Assembly: GCA_964539785.1 (NCBI GenBank)
Contig: CAZIJQ010000001.1
Coordinates: 118 to 64,117, forward strand
Origin: an uncultured bacterium
Lineage (GTDB): Bacteria > Fidelibacterota > Marinisomatia > Marinisomatales > TCS56
Reading direction: 5' to 3'
DNA length: 64,000 bases
Shown here: positions 9,841 through 17,957 of the stretch, in pieces
Position numbering within the stretch: position 1 is the stretch's first letter
Layout of the letters: every line of letters begins with the position of its first letter
Translations under genes and position numbers: made by a program
Notes under the pieces: generated by a model
Told to the model about the DNA's origin: nothing
Database searches by the model: none
The model's input: the letters and a program-made list of their open reading frames with translations, nothing else

Positions 9841-10866
9841 ATGAAAAATCTATTTAAAATAACAATAATAAGTTTATCGGCAATTCTTTTGCAGAGTTGT
9901 TATACCCAATTTGCAGCAACTCAGGTCATGCAAGTAGAAACGCATCCCAATAATTACACTTACAAAGAAACCAGAATCAGTCAGCCCACTGATTTGGATT
10001 CTGCAAATATCAGCACAACTGACAGTATTGTAATTGTTAAAGAATATTATTATTGGGCCTATGAGCCGTTTATCGAAATGGACCCTTATTATGATTTAAC
10101 GATTAATTATTATCCCCGACCATATCGCTGGAACCGATATTATTACGATCCATTCTGGAGTTATAATTATTACGACTGGTGTTACTACGAACCTTACCCC
10201 TGGGATTACCGCTGGAATTATCATTATTATGGTTATAATTATAGCCACTGGAATAACCGACGCTACCACAACTACTATAATAATTGGAATTGGTACGCCA
10301 ATGATGGCGACCCCCCGCGTAAAAAACGTGATTGGGACCGGCGGGGTACTAATCGGGACAATGCCCCGATTGTCCGCAACGGTTCACCGGAATATGTCGT
10401 GTCCGGAATTACGCCAGCAACGAATCAGACTGCCACAGTGTATTCCGGTCAAAATAATTCCAGAAATGTAAAGCGTAGCGTAAAATTGGAACAAAAAGAT
10501 ATAACCAATCCTGCGCGTGAAGTAGTACGAGATTCGGGAAAACAAAAAACAGGTCATGAGAAAAAGAGTAAAAAACCACAGTCAATTTCTAATAATGAAT
10601 TAATCCAGTTGATTGCTACAAAGATTTCAAAAACCGATAAATCAAACAATGGTAAATCGATTACACGAGATCGAAATACAAAGCATAAAGCTGAGAAATC
10701 AAATCAGTCAAAAAGTAATAATAGAAGCTCAAAATCATCAAAATCCGGTTCTGTTTCCAGCAATCGTAAATCATCTAGCAGCAAGGCCTCTAAATCCTCA
10801 AAATCAAACAGTAATCGTTCACGTAGTTCAAATAAAAAATCGAAATCCAGTAGTCGTTCACGATGA
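9841..10866 (+). CDS. probable lipoprotein with an extreme Tyr/Trp/Asn-rich core and a Ser/Lys-rich basic tail
   Basis: Signal peptide with Cys (..SAILLQSC). 28 Tyr and 9 Trp in an 89-aa stretch by my count. C-terminal KSS/SNR low-complexity region. Confidence 0.6.
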   Translation: MKNLFKITIISLSAILLQSCYTQFAATQVMQVETHPNNYTYKETRISQPTDLDSANISTTDSIVIVKEYYYWAYEPFIEMDPYYDLTINYYPRPYRWNRYYYDPFWSYNYYDWCYYEPYPWDYRWNYHYYGYNYSHWNNRRYHNYYNNWNWYANDGDPPRKKRDWDRRGTNRDNAPIVRNGSPEYVVSGITPATNQTATVYSGQNNSRNVKRSVKLEQKDITNPAREVVRDSGKQKTGHEKKSKKPQSISNNELIQLIATKISKTDKSNNGKSITRDRNTKHKAEKSNQSKSNNRSSKSSKSGSVSSNRKSSSSKASKSSKSNSNRSRSSNKKSKSSSRSR

Positions 10867-10895
10867 AAGGTTGTATTAATCAAGCAGGTGAAATC

Positions 10896-12269
10896 ATGAA
10901 AAAAAGCATATTGATAGCAGTACTAATCATTCTGATGGCCTATAATACAGTTCAGGCCCAGGAAGCTTATGACGCCATCCATTTGCTTGATCGCGAGTGG
11001 GGGATTGGTACACGAGCTCTGGCGATGGGAGGAGCGTATACGGCGCTGGCTGATGATTATTCGGCAATATACTGGAATCCCGCTGGATTGGGATATATCA
11101 CCGATAGCCAAATATCGATCGAGATATCGCAACTTGGTATGAATAATAAGGCTACTTATCTTGGCAGCTTGAACCAGGACAATCAATCGTTCACGAATCT
11201 GAAATCATTGGGATTTGCCTACCCAATTCCTACTATACGCGGCAGCGCAGTTATTGCCGTGGGGTTCAACAGGATATCAGATTATTCCAGCAATTTGTTA
11301 TTTACCGGCTACAGCACCCAGACCAACAACTTGAGTTTTGAAATAACAACTGACGATGAAACCGCTGAATACCTGTTTGATACAAGTGTTCAGCGAATGG
11401 AACAGGTTGATAATAGCGGCGGATTAAACCAATGGAGTCTTGGTGGCGCATTTGCTGTTTCCCCGAATTTACTCCTTGGCGCAACTTTTTCCGTCATTGG
11501 CGGTGGCGAAAATTATATTCAGCAATTCCAACAGGAAGATGTAAACAATCTGTACAATCAATATCCTGCTGACTTTGACAGCTACACGGTTAATCGATAT
11601 CTTGAAACGGAAGTTAGCGGTATTGATTTGACATTCGGTGCCAATCTACAATTAGCCCGTTGGATTCGAATCGGCGGATTAATATCCCTGCCATCGCGAC
11701 TTACGGTTAGTGAAACCCATTCTTATGACGATAAACTTGTCTTTGATGATAATTTTGTTGATGAAACCGAGGATGCCGGCAGTTGGGAATACGTAGTTGT
11801 AAAGCCATTTGATTTTAACGGTGGTGCTGTTTTCACGACACGCTATCTAACACTAACTGCATCTGCTCGCTATAAGGATTGGTCGCAGGTTGAATTTGAT
11901 GTTACTCCAAGTCAAATGGATGAAGTCGATCACCGTGAATACCTGCTTGAAAATGGAAATCTGAAACGTGAATATGCCGCCACCACCGAATATCATCTTG
12001 GTGGTGAATTGCGTCTTCCTTTGATAAATACGTTATTGCGTGGAGGTTATGCTTACTACCCGGATCCACTTATTTCGGCTGGCACAGATCGAGACCGATT
12101 AATTTATAGTACCGGTGTCAGTTTTGAAATAGACCAGAATATTAGCTTTGATATAACTTATTTACAGGGTAATTGGAATCATTACAGTTATAGCGATTTA
12201 ACACCGGCTGGGACTTTGGAAGAAATAACGATTCAACAGTTGATGGTTGGGTTGTCTTCAAGATTTTAA
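10896..12269 (+). CDS. outer-membrane beta-barrel protein (FadL/PorV-like)
   Basis: Signal peptide MKKSILIAVLIILMAYNTVQAQ. N-terminal GTRALAMGGAYTALADDYSAIYWNPAGLG motif is typical of this barrel class. C-terminal aromatic ..LSSRF. ATG at 10896 preferred over the track start at 10863. Confidence 0.55.
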   Translation: MKKSILIAVLIILMAYNTVQAQEAYDAIHLLDREWGIGTRALAMGGAYTALADDYSAIYWNPAGLGYITDSQISIEISQLGMNNKATYLGSLNQDNQSFTNLKSLGFAYPIPTIRGSAVIAVGFNRISDYSSNLLFTGYSTQTNNLSFEITTDDETAEYLFDTSVQRMEQVDNSGGLNQWSLGGAFAVSPNLLLGATFSVIGGGENYIQQFQQEDVNNLYNQYPADFDSYTVNRYLETEVSGIDLTFGANLQLARWIRIGGLISLPSRLTVSETHSYDDKLVFDDNFVDETEDAGSWEYVVVKPFDFNGGAVFTTRYLTLTASARYKDWSQVEFDVTPSQMDEVDHREYLLENGNLKREYAATTEYHLGGELRLPLINTLLRGGYAYYPDPLISAGTDRDRLIYSTGVSFEIDQNISFDITYLQGNWNHYSYSDLTPAGTLEEITIQQLMVGLSSRF

Positions 12270-12345
12270 ATTCTCCCTGATATAATATTAATTATACTGA
12301 TTTACTCATTTATTGAATGGTAGCAGGATTGTTACATTTCCGGCC

Positions 12346-13647
12346 ATGAATCTTGTCGAACAGATCTATTCTGAAATCTTGTCAAATCGGCGAAAGGATC
12401 AGGAGCGTCTGGTCGGAATTGAGGTAGAGTGCCTGATTTATGATCATGAGATGAGACGAATTCCGGTAAATCCCGGGAGCAAATATTCGGCAACCGATTT
12501 GTTATCGTCTTTAAGTACCTGGCAAAGTGATAACCGGAAATGTATTCATTATTCCATCGAGCCCGGCGGCCAGGTTGAGTATGCCTCTCCGCCGATTAAA
12601 TCGCTGCACCAGGCTCATGAGCAATATTTGGAACATCTGGGGCAACTATTAAATATCTGCCAGCAGGAAAACATGATTCCGCTAGATTATGCCCTGGATC
12701 CCCTTTATGCCTCATCCGAAATTGAATTGATTGCCACTGAAAAATATCAATTGATGAATAATTTATTCGCCAGGACCGGTAAACATGGCCCCTGGATGAT
12801 GCGAAACACCGCCAGCGTCCAGGTTAATATTGATGTTACTTCTCAGCGGGATGCCGAGGAAATGGCTTTTATTGCTGATTGTCTCCAACCGTTGGTGGCA
12901 ATTCTGTTTGCTCACGCGCCGTTCAAGCTTGGCGAACCAGCCGGTCAGAATAATTTGAGATACCATATCTGGCATGACACCGATCCGGATCGCTGCGGAA
13001 ATCTTATAGATCACGGCATTACCAGCAATTCCGGTCTTCTTGAAAAATACATTAATTGGATTTTGAAGGTCCCAGTCATTTTCGCACAAGCAGGTCGGGA
13101 TACCATTAAATATGACGGAACTATGGGAAGTTGGTTGGAATCCCGCGCAAATGATGGAATAAGTTCACCGGCAGATATTCAACTGATGCTGCATCAGATT
13201 TTTTCCCATGTCAGATTCAAAAACGTTCTTGAGGTTCGAGGGGCAGACCGACCCCTTTGCAATCATGAATTTGCCCCGGCCGCCTTTTGGCTGGGGGTTC
13301 TCAGTAGTGGTGATATTCGTCGAAGAATGTTGGCGTTGGTCTCATCCTGGTCGATCGAAACACGGAAGCAATTAAATCAACTGGCCGGTAGTGTTGATGT
13401 TAAACAAAAGGCGCCGGATGGACGAATTGTTGAGGATTGGATTGGGGAAGTTTGCGATTTGGCGCGCACCGGATTGTTGGAAAGAGCACGGGTCCAAAGT
13501 ATCGCGCCGGAAACAAAGTTTCTGGATGATTATCTGAAAATATTTTTTGATCTGGGCCCACCATCGCTTTTCCTGCAGAATAAATATAGAAATTGTAATT
13601 TAGATTTAAAGGAATATTTAAAGACCTGTGCAATCGAAAGTGAATAA
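12346..13647 (+). CDS. glutamate--cysteine ligase family protein (GCS2, plant/proteobacterial type)
   Basis: Motifs GIEVE, EPGGQVEYASPP and MMRNTASVQVNID resemble GCS2 gamma-glutamylcysteine ligases. ATG at 12346 preferred over TTG at 12313. Confidence 0.7.
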   Translation: MNLVEQIYSEILSNRRKDQERLVGIEVECLIYDHEMRRIPVNPGSKYSATDLLSSLSTWQSDNRKCIHYSIEPGGQVEYASPPIKSLHQAHEQYLEHLGQLLNICQQENMIPLDYALDPLYASSEIELIATEKYQLMNNLFARTGKHGPWMMRNTASVQVNIDVTSQRDAEEMAFIADCLQPLVAILFAHAPFKLGEPAGQNNLRYHIWHDTDPDRCGNLIDHGITSNSGLLEKYINWILKVPVIFAQAGRDTIKYDGTMGSWLESRANDGISSPADIQLMLHQIFSHVRFKNVLEVRGADRPLCNHEFAPAAFWLGVLSSGDIRRRMLALVSSWSIETRKQLNQLAGSVDVKQKAPDGRIVEDWIGEVCDLARTGLLERARVQSIAPETKFLDDYLKIFFDLGPPSLFLQNKYRNCNLDLKEYLKTCAIESE

Positions 13648-14371
13648 ACCGCTGATCGGAATTAATCCTTATTATTTCTATTATAATGATGATTGGTGGA
13701 TGGCTACAAAACAGGATTACCTTACTGCCGTCTGGAGTAGTGGCGGTTTACCAATGACTGTGCACCACCAGCCGAAAGGCGAAACAGTGGAAGAAATTGT
13801 CCATCGAATCGACGGCTTGGTAATGGTCGGCGGACCGGATTTTCCCAGCAACATGTATGCTGGTCGTAATCCGGAACTGCTGAGCGAAATCATTCATCCG
13901 GCACGGGAGGTTTTCGACCGGGCAATGTTCTGGGAAGCCCGGCAGCAGGGGAAGCCAATTCTGGCAATCTGTGCCGGAATGCAGCATATTAATATTATAT
14001 ATGGTGGTTCCCTGTATGAAGATTTACCGTCTCAGAAGGAAAATTTGAATAACCATGGGGAATTCGGTGGTGACTTCGGTACCCATATTGTCGATCTTGA
14101 CATTAATAGTTGTCTGTATGATATAATGGGAGAAAAAACACCGACCGTTCGTTGTACCCACCATCAGGGAATTAGGCAGCTGGGAGAGAACTTAAATGCC
14201 GTGGCCTGGAGTGAGGATGGCTTAATCGAGGCCATCGAAGACAAGGACGAACCGCGAGCGTTTATCGCTATCCAATGGCACCCGGAATTATACCAGGAAG
14301 ATCGCGCCAACCGCCAGATTTTCGAGCGGCTCATAGAAGAAGCGGTTGGCCGATCTACAATGAATGGTTAA
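13628..14371 (+). CDS. gamma-glutamyl hydrolase / class I glutamine amidotransferase (peptidase C26, PuuD-like)
   Basis: Nucleophile elbow ILAICAGMQ, HHQGI and QWHPE motifs. Overlaps the upstream gene end by 20 nt. Confidence 0.75.
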   Translation: MQSKVNKPLIGINPYYFYYNDDWWMATKQDYLTAVWSSGGLPMTVHHQPKGETVEEIVHRIDGLVMVGGPDFPSNMYAGRNPELLSEIIHPAREVFDRAMFWEARQQGKPILAICAGMQHINIIYGGSLYEDLPSQKENLNNHGEFGGDFGTHIVDLDINSCLYDIMGEKTPTVRCTHHQGIRQLGENLNAVAWSEDGLIEAIEDKDEPRAFIAIQWHPELYQEDRANRQIFERLIEEAVGRSTMNG

Positions 14372-14414
14372 TTTAAATTTGGCGTTTAGCTGAGCACGCT
14401 TTACTAAATTATTT

Positions 14415-14448
14415 ACGGCCAGATATCCTGGAGTGCCCGGCCGTTTTT
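14415..14448 (+). terminator. candidate intrinsic terminator
   Basis: ACGGCC (14415-14420) pairs with GGCCGT (14438-14443), followed by TTTTTCTGTTTTT. Confidence 0.45.
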
Positions 14449-14465
14449 CTGTTTTTCCGGTTAAA

Positions 14466-15815
14466 TTATGAGATATCGGGCAAAACCTGCAGATTTTTCT
14501 TGATCTCCTGATCACTTGGTTCAAAGTCGGTCAGATCTCCTCCCAGATAATTGTCATAGGCTGCCATATCAAAATGACCGTGGCCGCTGAGATTAAAAAT
14601 AATCGTTTTGGAAACACCTTCAGCATCTGCTTTTTTCACTTCCGCGATCGTGGCAGCGATAGCATGGGAAGATTCCGGAGCCGGTATTATTCCCTCGGAG
14701 CGGGCAAACTGGATTGCCGCCCTGAAACTATCCTTCTGAGTATAGGACCGGGGAGTGATGAATCCCTGTTGGACCAGGGCGCTGATTTGAGGAGCCATTC
14801 CGTGGTAACGCAGTCCACCGGCATGAATTTTAGCAGGCATAAATGTGTGTCCCAGCGAGCTCATGGCCAGTAAAGGTGTCAATTGTGCCGTATCACCAAA
14901 ATCATAACCGAATTTACCGCGTGTCAAAGTTGGACAGGCCGTCGGCTCGGCAGCAATAAATTCGATTTCTTTGCCAGCAAATTTGTCCGGCAGGAAGGGA
15001 AATGCCAAGCCGGCAAAATTGCTACCACCACCGACGCAGCCCACAAGCACATCTGGCTTAATGCCTTCTTTTTCAAGCTGGATTTTAACCTCCTCGCCAA
15101 TAATGGTCTGGTGTAGCAAGACATGGTTAAGGACCGACCCCAGGGAATACTTGGTTTTTTCATCACCAGCTGCCACTTCCACGGCTTCGCTGATTGCAAT
15201 TCCCAGGCTGCCGGGTGTATTGGGATCGCGCGCCAGGATATCTCGTCCAACCTGGGTCGTGTCACTGGGACTGGGCAGAATTCTACCACCCCAGGTTTCG
15301 ATCATCGATTTCCGGAATGGTTTATTATCATAACTGACCCGAACCATGTATACCAGGCATTTTAGATCGAAATAATTACAGGCCAGACTCAGAGCGCTGC
15401 CCCATTGACCAGCTCCTGTTTCGGTCGATAACGTTTTGGTGCCTTCCAAGGCATTGTAATAAGCCTGGGGCACAGCTGTGTTGGGTTTATGGCTACCAGC
15501 GGGGCTGACAGACTCATTCTTAAAAAAGATTTTTGATTTTGTGCCCAGTAATTGTTCAAAATTATTAGCCCGCACTAATGGCGTTGGTCGCCAGACACTT
15601 AAGATATCCAGGACCGGGTCAGGGATGGGTATGTAGCGTTCGGTGCTGACCTCCTGCATGATCAACTCCATTGGAAAAAGCGGCGCCAGGTCATCCGGTC
15701 CGATTGGTTCATGCGTACCGGGGTGCAATGGTGGTAATACCGATGTAGGGATATCGGCAGTAATATTGTACCAGCTACGTGGCATTTCCTGCTCATTCAG
15801 CAGTATTTTCTTCAT
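14466..15815 (-). CDS. trpB: TrpB-like PLP-dependent enzyme (tryptophan synthase beta, TrpB2 type)
   Basis: 449 aa. The N-terminal extension [23 protein letters not shown] is typical of TrpB2. PLP lysine context [17 protein letters not shown] loop. AAGGAG Shine-Dalgarno upstream. Confidence 0.85.
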   Translation of the reverse strand: MKKILLNEQEMPRSWYNITADIPTSVLPPLHPGTHEPIGPDDLAPLFPMELIMQEVSTERYIPIPDPVLDILSVWRPTPLVRANNFEQLLGTKSKIFFKNESVSPAGSHKPNTAVPQAYYNALEGTKTLSTETGAGQWGSALSLACNYFDLKCLVYMVRVSYDNKPFRKSMIETWGGRILPSPSDTTQVGRDILARDPNTPGSLGIAISEAVEVAAGDEKTKYSLGSVLNHVLLHQTIIGEEVKIQLEKEGIKPDVLVGCVGGGSNFAGLAFPFLPDKFAGKEIEFIAAEPTACPTLTRGKFGYDFGDTAQLTPLLAMSSLGHTFMPAKIHAGGLRYHGMAPQISALVQQGFITPRSYTQKDSFRAAIQFARSEGIIPAPESSHAIAATIAEVKKADAEGVSKTIIFNLSGHGHFDMAAYDNYLGGDLTDFEPSDQEIKKNLQVLPDIS

Positions 15816-15857
15816 TATCTTACTCCTTTTGGATGTTAGTGTTTCGGTGTGTTAAGC

Positions 15858-16691
15858 TTATTCATCAAATACAAAAGTGGGCTCACGATAGAAGCGAATG
15901 GATTTGGCTCTTTTACGTCCCAGTATATTATTATTGAGCCAGATATTTTTTTCCGACAGGGTATTGTCGTCTACCAGGATATCAATTGGCATATTAAAGT
16001 GGAGCGCTCTTTTTGGTAGTTGTATCCTGGTGATACCGCTGGGCATTGTTTCACTAGAAAGCGCTATTTGTACCAATTCGGATTTTTCTATTACAGCGAA
16101 ACTGAACAATGCCGAAAAATCCCGGTAATTCTTAATCAAATCATCTAAGCGATAATAACTTACACGGTCCATTCTTCCTTGGTGGAGATAAAGCCTGGTA
16201 AGGTTGTGTAATAGGGAAATATTCTTTGGCAGAGTGGCTAATCGGGGGATGGCCAGCACCGCGCCATTTTTAAAGATAACCTCTACCAGATTTGCATTAT
16301 TATTGTTTAAGGAGACCTGCTCCCGGTAGGCAACACTCAGTGTATCAAGACATTGCCGTAATTGATCGCGGATTGATCCTTCGATGGCATGTGACCAGGC
16401 AGAAACGGTAAGCAGCGGGTCATCCAGGTTGATCATTTGGACGCAGATATGCTTTATGCCCATCTGGATCAGGGCATTGGTACGATTAGCCCCATCCAGC
16501 AGTATATACTCTCCAGCAGGTGTTTTTCCAACGATGGGAGGATTTTTCAGGAAACCGTCCTCGGTAATCTTAGTGATCAATTTTTCACTAATATTCCGGT
16601 CAGGCTGCTCATGAAATATTATGGATTCGCTGGTAACTATTTTCAGTTCTGGTAGTTGCCCGATATGTAGATTATTGGTTTTCATATTCAT
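15858..16691 (-). CDS. ParB/Srx-fold domain protein (candidate free serine kinase, SerK-like; function hypothetical)
   Basis: N-terminal ParB-like segment HEQPD..L...I...G.LKNPPIV......YILLDGANRTNAL. Start moved to ATG 16691 because the track GTG at 16715 lies inside a terminator hairpin. Lies 42 nt upstream of trpB2 on the same strand. Confidence 0.5.
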   Translation of the reverse strand: MNMKTNNLHIGQLPELKIVTSESIIFHEQPDRNISEKLITKITEDGFLKNPPIVGKTPAGEYILLDGANRTNALIQMGIKHICVQMINLDDPLLTVSAWSHAIEGSIRDQLRQCLDTLSVAYREQVSLNNNNANLVEVIFKNGAVLAIPRLATLPKNISLLHNLTRLYLHQGRMDRVSYYRLDDLIKNYRDFSALFSFAVIEKSELVQIALSSETMPSGITRIQLPKRALHFNMPIDILVDDNTLSEKNIWLNNNILGRKRAKSIRFYREPTFVFDE

Positions 16692-16698
16692 CTTTGTT

Positions 16699-16727
16699 AA
16701 AAAAAAGACCCGCACGAGGCGGGTCTT
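16699..16727 (-). terminator. intrinsic terminator in the 5' leader of the ParB-like/trpB2 operon (attenuator)
   Basis: Minus-strand RNA AAGACCCGC-CUCGU-GCGGGUCUU followed by UUUUUU. Ends 8 nt before the ATG at 16691. Confidence 0.7.
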
Positions 16728-16759
16728 CGGAAAATTTTTGATGTGGTGTAATTAACTAA

Positions 16760-16852
16760 CTATCGACAGACGGCCTCATGGGAATGCATTGGAATCTGCC
16801 ACCAATTAGCCTGGGAGCTGGAAAACACAGTTGTAATGATTACTTTATTCAT
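16760..16852 (-). CDS. candidate leader peptide with tandem Trp codons (MNKVIITTVFSSSQANWWQIPMHSHEAVCR)
   Basis: ATG 16852 to TAG 16760, hand-translated. UGG UGG at 16804-16799. The 3' end of the ORF is complementary to the terminator 5' arm. No clear Shine-Dalgarno. Confidence 0.45.
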   Translation of the reverse strand: MNKVIITTVFSSSQANWWQIPMHSHEAVCR

Positions 16853-17168
16853 CGGTCAAACTTAACGGGACGCTATTCAAATGTGCAAAGCATAAATGGT
16901 AATTATATTATTATCGTTAAATAATTGCGATCGGAGAGATTTTTCACCTCAAAGCTGGTCGTGAATTATAGTCGGGATTCAGTATCCATAAAAGTTGTTT
17001 GCCTCCGTAAATAATAGACCTGAAACTGCGAGGCCAGAGGGTGTGGTTTTATTCTCTGGTGCTAAATACAATCCATTTTATTTCGTTTTTAGTGACTTTT
17101 TCGCTGTTTATCGAGCGGGTGGTCGTTAATTTTTATTCACATTTTAGTATGTTAAAAAGGAGTTTAGA

Positions 17169-17957
17169 ATGACATCGTTGCACACCGAACTCTATCCGGA
17201 TGCCGTATCACGGCACGGAAAAACCAGCGAAGCCCACCGTATTGCCCGAAAAGCCCTCCGTGATGAATTGATCAGTGGACTCACTGGTGCAATACTGGCG
17301 GCTTTTATCTGGTTTCACTTGCTGTTTGAAAGCTCGATTCTGTTTGGCAGGGCTGCCTATGATAAACTGGCACTGCTGCTGGAGCACCCGCTGCCCATAG
17401 CCCATGTGGCGGTAATCGGGATTGGAGTAGTATTTTTTATTCATTTTATTTGGGCATCACGCAAAATTCCCGGCAAACTGCAGGAACGTAAAAAAATGAT
17501 GGAATTGGGGATAAGCATTAAAAAAGCCAATAATCGTTGGCAGCAGGACACCAAATCGGATATTCGATTGCGCAAGCATTTTGAGACATCACTGTGGATC
17601 TGGCAGGTCCGCACTGGAATGATAGTTCTGGCGGCAGGTGCTTTTCATCTGGTACTGGTTGCCTGGAATATTTTCACCGACATGGGAATCGAAGGACAGA
17701 CGCCGGGCATTTCGGCCGAGATCGCCGTTTCCCGCGTCGAAAGCGGTCTGTGGATCCTCTATCTGGTCTTGATGATAGCCGTTGTTGTGCATATGTCTGT
17801 CGGTGTTTACCGGTTGCTGGTCAAATGGTTTGCCGATACCTGGTTTATACGAAAATACGCCAGAATTATTTTCTACTTCTTGCTATGGTTCTTCATTATT
17901 GTTGGCGCCGCCACCACACTTGGATTGGCCGGTCCCTGGGAAGGAGTGCTGTCATGA
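17169..17957 (+). CDS. sdhC: succinate dehydrogenase/fumarate reductase cytochrome b subunit (5-TM, Wolinella/Bacillus b558 type)
   Basis: 262-aa polytopic protein directly upstream of the flavoprotein subunit, with an ATGA overlap. AAGGAG Shine-Dalgarno. Gene order is C-A-B. Confidence 0.75.
   Translation: MTSLHTELYPDAVSRHGKTSEAHRIARKALRDELISGLTGAILAAFIWFHLLFESSILFGRAAYDKLALLLEHPLPIAHVAVIGIGVVFFIHFIWASRKIPGKLQERKKMMELGISIKKANNRWQQDTKSDIRLRKHFETSLWIWQVRTGMIVLAAGAFHLVLVAWNIFTDMGIEGQTPGISAEIAVSRVESGLWILYLVLMIAVVVHMSVGVYRLLVKWFADTWFIRKYARIIFYFLLWFFIIVGAATTLGLAGPWEGVLS

Noticed and set aside
3861-14290. Several TGGCAC motifs (near 3863, 4507, 4761 and 14277) as sigma-54 promoters.
   Set aside because: All lie inside coding regions and lack a properly spaced TTGC -12 element or a downstream gene start.
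16692-16715. GTG start at 16715 for the ParB-like ORF (MRVFFLTK..).
   Set aside because: The GTG lies in the loop of the terminator hairpin, and the first codons simply translate the U-tract. ATG at 16691 or 16685 is the plausible start.
17594-17953. The ORF track gives a 120-codon N-terminal extension of the flavoprotein subunit.
   Set aside because: The extension overlaps sdhC in another frame and has Arg/Gly-rich nonsense composition. A GGAAGGAG Shine-Dalgarno followed by ATG at 17954 precedes the canonical FAD-binding N-terminus.
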